Source of the DNA: an archaeon
GTDB lineage: Archaea > Iainarchaeota > Iainarchaeia > Iainarchaeales > JANQMZ01
Assembly: GCA_028279805.1 (NCBI GenBank)
Contig: JANQMZ010000007.1
Span: 600,001-632,000, forward strand
DNA: 32,000 nucleotides
Direction: 5' to 3'
Position numbers and translations under genes: made by a program. Shown here one piece after another: positions 26,250-32,000 of the stretch (its first letter is position 1; every line of letters begins with the position of its first letter). Under the pieces are notes generated by a model. The model was not told where the DNA came from. It did not search any database and was given only the letters and a program-made list of their open reading frames with translations.

Positions 26250-27437
26250 TCAAGCTCTTTTGTTTCCTTTTAACGCGTTTAATAAGCTGTTAAGTTCTCT
26301 TATTCTGTTCCTTTCATTCATTCTTTCAAGAGCCTTTCTTTGCGGTGGAAGCATTAAAAGCAACTCTGTATTTTCAAAAACATTAATTTTCCAGGCTTTC
26401 AATAAACGAAGATTATCCATTAAATTTTTCCTGTCAGACAAGCCCTGCTTTTCAATTCCTGCAATTAAACTTCTTTCAGATCTAGTTAAAATTCTAAGAT
26501 CATAACGTTCCGGCGTTCTATCAAAATCAGTTTTTCCTGTAGCAATTTTTTCTCCAGGAGTTTCTCCCTTTATTCTTCCATGCGGTCTAAAACCAGGATG
26601 CTCGTTTTTGTATTTTTCTAATGCGTTTTCTATTGTTAAATTTCTTTTTAATGCAAGATGTGCCACAGTAACTAAATGGCGTTCATTAATTCCTTTTTCT
26701 TCTGCTTCTTGTAATAATTGTTTATATCGATTAATTTGTTCTTGGGCTGAAGTTTTTCTCAGAAAAGCGTGACTAATAATTGTTCCCGTTGGCAAGCTTT
26801 TGTCTTTTTTTGCTGCTTCCAAAACCTGTTGAGTTATTTGTTTATGCGTTTGAATTGCTTCTTCAATACTTGGATAGACTGCATTCAAAACCGTTGCTGT
26901 AATTGTTCTGGCAACATTCTCATCATATTCTCTTGCTTTTGTCATTATTTCTTCTATTTCAAAAACATCAAATTTTGTTATAGCCGCCTTGACAACGCTC
27001 AGAGTTAATCCTAGTTCTTCTATTAGTATTTCGTATTCTGCTTTGGTGTGTTGTGCCAAATTTGTAACAATTCTTCTAAAACTTTCAGCATTTGTTTTTT
27101 TCGTAATTTCTTTTTTTTTAATTAGTTGCATTATGTTTAGTCTTAGCATTGTTTGAAATGTTTTGTTTGTTGTTCCAAAATGTTTTTTTGATTCTCTTTC
27201 AATTAAACTCGTTATTTTCGCTTTGAATTTTTTGTATATACGATTGACCGCCACTCCTCTAGTCCTAATTTTTTCGTCAAATCTGTCTGATAATTTTCTG
27301 TTTGCTATTCTTACTGCTTCGTTTGCTTCTTCTTTTGTTAGTGTTCGACCAAGTTTTTCTTCTAATCTTTCAATCGAAGGATGTTCTTTTTCCTGTCTTC
27401 TAATTGGCTTTCTTTTAGGCATATTAAAATTACTCAA
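26250..27437 (-). CDS. unknown helical-repeat family protein, single module (395 aa)
   Basis: IERLEEKLGRTLTKEEANEAVRIANRKLSDRFDEK...LPTGTIISHAFLRKTSAQEQINRYKQLLQEAEEKGI; paralog of 24118..25299. Confidence 0.85.
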   Translation of the reverse strand: MSNFNMPKRKPIRRQEKEHPSIERLEEKLGRTLTKEEANEAVRIANRKLSDRFDEKIRTRGVAVNRIYKKFKAKITSLIERESKKHFGTTNKTFQTMLRLNIMQLIKKKEITKKTNAESFRRIVTNLAQHTKAEYEILIEELGLTLSVVKAAITKFDVFEIEEIMTKAREYDENVARTITATVLNAVYPSIEEAIQTHKQITQQVLEAAKKDKSLPTGTIISHAFLRKTSAQEQINRYKQLLQEAEEKGINERHLVTVAHLALKRNLTIENALEKYKNEHPGFRPHGRIKGETPGEKIATGKTDFDRTPERYDLRILTRSERSLIAGIEKQGLSDRKNLMDNLRLLKAWKINVFENTELLLMLPPQRKALERMNERNRIRELNSLLNALKGNKRA

Positions 27438-27505
27438 AAGCAGTATTTAACAATTGGTTTAATTTAAATTTTTTATGTTCAATTTTTTTAATTGGAGGTA
27501 AAACA

Positions 27506-27841
27506 ATGAAAAAATTTATGGTAATTTATTATGCGCCTGAATCTGCAATGGAGAAGATGGAAAACGCAAGTCCTGAGGAAGCGGAGGAAGGAATGAAGCC
27601 CTGGATGGAATGGGCTGAAAAATGCGGTTCCGGATTAGTTGATTTGGGAACTCCTCTTGGAAACGGGGAAAAACTGACTCCTGATGGAGCTTCTCAAAGC
27701 CAAAGCAAAGTCACAGGCTATTCTGTTTTGCAGGCGGAAAACATTGATGAAGCTAAAAAAATGCTTCAAGAACACCCGCATTTGCAGTGGGCAGAAGGCT
27801 GTGAAATAGAAGTTCACGAATGCTTGCCTTTGCCAAAATAA
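27506..27841 (+). CDS. YCII-related / DGPF domain protein
   Basis: 111 aa; MKKFMVIYYAPESAMEKM...GYSVLQAENIDEAKKMLQEHPHLQWAEGCEIEVHECLPLP. Confidence 0.85.
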   Translation: MKKFMVIYYAPESAMEKMENASPEEAEEGMKPWMEWAEKCGSGLVDLGTPLGNGEKLTPDGASQSQSKVTGYSVLQAENIDEAKKMLQEHPHLQWAEGCEIEVHECLPLPK

Positions 27842-27926
27842 ATTCAATTCCTAGCATAACAGGCAAAAAATCCTTGTAAAAAGCTTTTTAAACTCGTTTT
27901 TTTACAATTAGTATTAATAGCTTTTT

Positions 27927-28601
27927 ATGCTGTTGAACAAATGCTTTGAAAAAAGCGCACCAAAGGTGATTTTAATGGGTGTTTTTGACGTTCCGGCTCA
28001 GGAATTAATCGATAACATAGCAAAATCTTTACAGGATGACTATAAAATAAGCCAACCGGACTTTTTGTCATATGTTAAAACAGGCTCGCATAGAGAAAGA
28101 ATGCCTCAAAGAAAAGACTGGTTTTATGTGAGAATGGGTTCAATTTTATACAGATTATTCAAGGACGGGCCAAACGGAGTTGGTTCTTTCAGGGCATATT
28201 ATGGCGGAAGAAAAAATCGCGGAGTAAAACCTCACAGGTTCAGAAAAGCTTCCGGAAAAGTAATAAGAATTGCTTTTCAGGAACTTGAAAAAGCCGAACT
28301 TGTTGTAAAATTAAAAAAAGGCAGGACAATTTCAAAACAAGGTCATTCTTTGCTGGTAAAAAAATCAAAAGAATTGCAAAAAGAAAGTCTGCCGGAACAA
28401 GCACCACAATTTCAGGAACAAATTTCAAAACCTGAACAAAAAAAACCGGTTCAACCACTTTCTCAAAAAAAACCTGTTGAAAAAATTGAACAAAAACCTG
28501 AAATTGTAAAACCAAAAGAAGAACAAAATCAAAACGAAAAACAAAAAACAAAAGAGCCTGAAAACAAACCAGAGGAAAAGGTTGTTGAAAAAAAGGAATG
28601 A
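27927..28601 (+). CDS. rps19e: 30S ribosomal protein S19e with long charged C-terminal extension
   Basis: 224 aa; RMPQRKDWFYVRMGSILYRLFKDGPNGVGSFRAYYGGRKNRGVKPHRFRKASGKVIRIAFQELEKAELV matches S19e. Confidence 0.95.
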   Translation: MLLNKCFEKSAPKVILMGVFDVPAQELIDNIAKSLQDDYKISQPDFLSYVKTGSHRERMPQRKDWFYVRMGSILYRLFKDGPNGVGSFRAYYGGRKNRGVKPHRFRKASGKVIRIAFQELEKAELVVKLKKGRTISKQGHSLLVKKSKELQKESLPEQAPQFQEQISKPEQKKPVQPLSQKKPVEKIEQKPEIVKPKEEQNQNEKQKTKEPENKPEEKVVEKKE

Positions 28602-28607
28602 TTTTTT

Positions 28608-28931
28608 ATGGCTGAAGCTGATGAAATTAAGCAAAAAAAAATGGAAGAGTTGCAGAAAAAAGCCGAACTTGAATCAGTGCAAAAAGAAAAGCAAAAACAG
28701 GCTGAAGACCAGCTTGATTTTTTGTTAAGAAAATTTGTTTCAGAAAAAGCTTTTCAAAGGCTTCATAATGTAAAGCTTGTCAATAAGCAATTGTTTTTGG
28801 GAGCGGCTCAGGGAATAATTAATATGGGTTCTGCCCAGAATTTGAAGGAAAAACTTTCAGATGAACAGGTTAAGGAAATTTTGTCAAAATTGTCAGGTGA
28901 AAAAAAGAATTTTAAAATTGTAAGGAAATGA
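28608..28931 (+). CDS. PDCD5/TFAR19-like DNA-binding protein
   Basis: 107 aa; AEDQLDFLLRKFVSEKAFQRLHNVKLVNKQLFLGAAQGIINM...LSDEQVKEILSKLSGEKKNFKIVRK. Confidence 0.9.
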   Translation: MAEADEIKQKKMEELQKKAELESVQKEKQKQAEDQLDFLLRKFVSEKAFQRLHNVKLVNKQLFLGAAQGIINMGSAQNLKEKLSDEQVKEILSKLSGEKKNFKIVRK

Positions 28932-28936
28932 TTTGA

Positions 28937-29185
28937 ATGGCATCATCAAAAGAACAATCCAAAAAAGATTTTTTCATCGCAGTCAGGAAAAAAATTTCTT
29001 CCGGAATCACATCTGCTCCTGTATGGGTTATGCAAAAAGCAAATAAAAGAATCTGGAACCCTAAGGGAAAAAGGCACTGGAGCCAGACAGATTTTGGTGA
29101 TGAGTACAGAAAATCTGAAAAAAAATCAAACGTTAAACCAAAAAAATCAGGAAAAAGAAAAAAATCGTTTCTAAAGCAAAGGTGA
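28937..29185 (+). CDS. rpl39e: 50S ribosomal protein L39e with C-terminal extension
   Basis: 82 aa; APVWVMQKANKRIWNPKGKRHWSQTDFG matches L39e. Confidence 0.85.
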   Translation: MASSKEQSKKDFFIAVRKKISSGITSAPVWVMQKANKRIWNPKGKRHWSQTDFGDEYRKSEKKSNVKPKKSGKRKKSFLKQR

Positions 29186-29189
29186 TTTT

Positions 29190-29723
29190 ATGGCTGAAAA
29201 AAAATTAAAAAAACCGGAGCAAAAAAAAGTAAAACCGGTTTCCAAAAAGATTAAGCCAAAACCTGCAAAACCCAAGAAAAGCAAAAAAGCAAAGCAAAAG
29301 CCTAAAACAAAGGAATTTACGGTTAGCTTTTCAAAAGTGTTTTTTTTCCCTAAGGGAAAAAGAGCCAGGAAAGCCATTCAGTTTCTTAAAAAATTCATGT
29401 TTAAGCATTTCAGGGCAAAAGAGGAACAGGTTGTTATAAGTGATTTGACTAACAGGGAAATATGGAAAAACGGTTTTCAAAAAATTCCGAGAAAAATTCA
29501 GATACAGGTTTTATCTGAAGATAACCTGTTTTATGTTTTTTTAAAAGGGGAAAAATTGCCTGAAAAGAAAAAAGAAGAAAAAGATGAAAAACAGCCAAAA
29601 GAAAAACCAAAAGTTTCAGAGGAAGAAAAAGAAGATGAACTGGAAGATTTAAAAAAACTTGAAGATAAAAAAGAAAAAGAAAAAGCAGCTGAAAAAGCTT
29701 CAATTAAAAGAGGAACAAAATGA
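29190..29723 (+). CDS. rpl31e: 50S ribosomal protein L31e with charged N- and C-terminal extensions
   Basis: 177 aa; core FSKVFFFPKGKRARKAIQFLKKFMFKHFRAKEEQVVISDLTNREIWKNGFQKIPRKIQIQV. Confidence 0.87.
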   Translation: MAEKKLKKPEQKKVKPVSKKIKPKPAKPKKSKKAKQKPKTKEFTVSFSKVFFFPKGKRARKAIQFLKKFMFKHFRAKEEQVVISDLTNREIWKNGFQKIPRKIQIQVLSEDNLFYVFLKGEKLPEKKKEEKDEKQPKEKPKVSEEEKEDELEDLKKLEDKKEKEKAAEKASIKRGTK

Positions 29724-30379
29724 ATATTGATTCAGGGACAATTAAATCAAGTCCGTTTGTAGGTGTATTAGGATTAGTGACAAATGATTTTGGTTTTTTT
29801 CCAAAAACATCGTTAAAAAAAGAAACAAAAGGTTTGGAGGATTTTTTTAAAATTAAAATAATTACAGGTTCATTGGCTCAAAGTTCTTTAATAGGGGTTT
29901 TGGCGGTCGGATTAAATTTTAAAATAGCAGTATCGGATTTGGTTCAGGAAAGTGAAAAAAAAATGATGGAAAAAAACGGTTTGGAAGTTTTTCAGGTTGA
30001 AAAAGTTTCTGCTTTGGGAAATCTTTTGGCTTTAAATCAGAACGGAGGAATTGCATCCGAATTAATTTCAAAAGAAACCGTTAAGGAACTGGAAAACTTT
30101 TTTAATATTAAAATTTTAAGAAAAAATATTGCTCAGAATGAATTGAACGGCTCTTCAATTGTTTCAACTTCAAAAGGTTTTGTTGTTAATCCTCTTGCAT
30201 CAGAAAAAGAGTTAAAATTATTAAAAAAAACATTTAAAGTTGAAGGGAATACAGCGACATCAAATTATGGTGACAAATTTGTTTCCAATGGGGTGTTAGC
30301 AAACAAAAATGCAGCACTTATCGGCTCTTTAACTTCAAACATTGAGCTTGGAAAAATTGATGAAGGTTTAAGCGGGTGA
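29720..30379 (+). CDS. eif6: translation initiation factor 6 (aIF6)
   Basis: 219 aa; internal pseudo-repeats (IKIITGSLAQSSLIGVLAVG, IKILRKNIAQNELNGSSIV) and GDKFVSNGVLANKNAALIGSLTS. Confidence 0.93.
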   Translation: MNIDSGTIKSSPFVGVLGLVTNDFGFFPKTSLKKETKGLEDFFKIKIITGSLAQSSLIGVLAVGLNFKIAVSDLVQESEKKMMEKNGLEVFQVEKVSALGNLLALNQNGGIASELISKETVKELENFFNIKILRKNIAQNELNGSSIVSTSKGFVVNPLASEKELKLLKKTFKVEGNTATSNYGDKFVSNGVLANKNAALIGSLTSNIELGKIDEGLSG

Positions 30380-30690
30380 AAATTTTGAAAAAAAAATTGT
30401 TTGAAATAACCGGAAAATATAATCAGAAAAATACACAGTTTCCTTTTACCAGAACCGTTGAAGCTTTTAATGAAAAACATGCAATTGAAACAGTGTTAAG
30501 CTTGTTTGGCTCAGAGCATAAAACCAAAAGAAGAAATATTGAAATAAATGAAGTGAAACCAGCTTCATCAGAATCCAAAAATGAAAAACCTATAACGGAA
30601 AAAATTGAAGAAAAAATACAAAAACCGGTAAAAACTCAAAAAAAAGACGAAAAAGAGGAGAAAAAAGCTGAAAAAGAAAGTAAGGAATAA
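30376..30690 (+). CDS. rplX: 50S ribosomal protein LX / L18Ae-type, with charged C-terminal extension
   Basis: 104 aa; GTG start overlapping the eif6 stop (GTGA); FTRTVEAFNEKHAIETVLSLFGSEHKTKRRNIEINEV. Confidence 0.85.
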   Translation: MKILKKKLFEITGKYNQKNTQFPFTRTVEAFNEKHAIETVLSLFGSEHKTKRRNIEINEVKPASSESKNEKPITEKIEEKIQKPVKTQKKDEKEEKKAEKESKE

Positions 30691-30728
30691 ATACTTTTTT
30701 TTGTTTAAAATTTTGAAGGTGTTTTTTT

Positions 30729-31193
30729 ATGGCGGAAGAAGTTGAAAAAATTTCCCCTGAACAGTTGGGGCCATTGTATCAGAGGCAGAGAGAATTGCTT
30801 GAACAGTCAAGAGCCCAAAAACAGTCTCTTCAGGATGTTTTAATTGAATTTAATTCTGCGATTGATGCTTTGAATGAGTTAAAAAAAGCAGGAAAAAATG
30901 ATAAAATAATGTTAAGCCTGGGAGGCGGAGTTTATATTGAGGCAGTTGTTTCTGATGTTCAGAAAGTAAAAGGCAATATTGGCGGCGGTGTAATTCAAAG
31001 CATTTCCGTTGACAAAGTTTTGCTTGAACTGGAGAAAAGAAAAAATGAAACAATTAAAAGCCTTGAACTTAATGCCAAAGATGAAGCAAAACTTTTGGAA
31101 AGCATTGCGTCAATTGAACTTGCTTTGAATGCATTGCAGAGAGCAAATGCTCAAAAGCAGGGAAATGAAACTGGAACTCCAACTGTTTCTTAA
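30729..31193 (+). CDS. pfdA: prefoldin subunit alpha
   Basis: 154 aa; two coiled coils flanking VLIEFNSAIDALNEL...MLSLGGGVYIEAVVSDVQKVKGNIGGGV; syntenic between LX and ftsY. Confidence 0.92.
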   Translation: MAEEVEKISPEQLGPLYQRQRELLEQSRAQKQSLQDVLIEFNSAIDALNELKKAGKNDKIMLSLGGGVYIEAVVSDVQKVKGNIGGGVIQSISVDKVLLELEKRKNETIKSLELNAKDEAKLLESIASIELALNALQRANAQKQGNETGTPTVS

Positions 31194-31205
31194 GCGCTGA
31201 TTTAA

Positions 31206-32000
31206 ATGTTTGACTTGTTAAAAAACAAGCTGTCTTCTTTTGGTAAAAAAATAATAAAATCAACTGAAGAAAATGAGAAAAGAACTTTATCCCCCGATAT
31301 TTCAGTTTCTTCAAAAGCAAAATCTTTAATTACCGGTGAAATTGAAATAAAGGAAAAAGATATTGAAGATTTGCTGTTTGAATTTGAATTGTTGTTACTG
31401 GAGGCAGACGTTAATGAGGAAACAACAAAAAAACTTGTTCAAAAAATTTCAGAAAAAATTGTGGGAAAAAAATTTGCAAGAAAAAATTTAAAAGAAACTA
31501 TTAATAAAGAAATCAAATCCGCGTTAAAAGAATTAATTCAGCTTGAACCAATCAACTTGTTAAAAGAAATTAATTCAAAAAAAGAAAAACCCTTCAAAAT
31601 ACTCTTTTTAGGGCCAAATGGTGCAGGAAAAACAACAAGCATTGCAAAGCTTGCGAATCATTTGCAGAAACAAAAACTCAAAATAATTTTATCAGCTTCA
31701 GATACATTCAGGGCAGCGTCAATTGAACAGCTTGAAAAACATTCTCAAAATTTAAATTTAAGATTGATAAAACACAAATACGGTTCTGATCCGAGTGCTG
31801 TTGCTTTTGACGCAATTGAATCAGCAAAAGCTTCAAAAACGGATATTGTTCTGATTGATTCTGCGGGGAGGCAGGAAACCAACAAAAATTTAATGGAAGA
31901 ATTAAAAAAAATGCACCGCGTAATAAAACCTGATTTGACCTTATTTGTCGGTGAATCCCTTTCAGGAAAAACTTTGCTGGAACAGGCAAAACAGTTTAAT
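31206..32000 (+). CDS. ftsY: signal recognition particle receptor FtsY (truncated by window edge)
   Basis: Manual translation from ATG at 31206: MFDLLKNKLSSFGKK...KPFKILFLGPNGAGKTTSIAKLANHLQ...LSASDTFRAASIEQL...DIVLIDSAGRQETNKNLMEELKKM. Missing from the ORF track because it runs off the edge. Confidence 0.95.
   Translation, partial: MFDLLKNKLSSFGKKIIKSTEENEKRTLSPDISVSSKAKSLITGEIEIKEKDIEDLLFEFELLLLEADVNEETTKKLVQKISEKIVGKKFARKNLKETINKEIKSALKELIQLEPINLLKEINSKKEKPFKILFLGPNGAGKTTSIAKLANHLQKQKLKIILSASDTFRAASIEQLEKHSQNLNLRLIKHKYGSDPSAVAFDAIESAKASKTDIVLIDSAGRQETNKNLMEELKKMHRVIKPDLTLFVGESLSGKTLLEQAKQFN

Overview
The window is archaeal, probably from a small-genome (DPANN-like) lineage; that placement is inference. 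Support for Archaea: SRP (7S) RNA, archaeal-type initiator tRNA-Met, TFE, RadA, RPA, Trm56, GGGP synthase, and the conserved block S19e - PDCD5-like - L39e - L31e - eIF6 - LX - prefoldin alpha - FtsY. I can support 5 RNA genes: SRP RNA, tRNA-iMet(CAT), tRNA-Lys(TTT), tRNA-Lys(CTT) and tRNA-Phe(GAA). A truncated DTD2-type D-aminoacyl-tRNA deacylase at the left edge is missing from the ORF track. The parts most worth following up are: (1) an operon-like cluster (21.8-27.4 kb) encoding four copies of an unrecognised, apparently all-helical repeat module in three genes, with an NAD-dependent epimerase gene embedded; (2) a full-length RelA/SpoT-type (p)ppGpp synthetase whose hydrolase domain has lost a conserved metal-binding Asp, next to a single-domain KaiC-like ATPase and a 160-aa protein made only of A/P/K/R/T/V/M repeats; (3) a 650-nt intergenic region (2.6-3.25 kb) with a GC-rich island and a nested hairpin, possibly uncharacterised ncRNAs; (4) recurring intergenic motifs and an ATTAC-rich operator-like array. 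No CRISPR array, transposase or recognised defence system was found.
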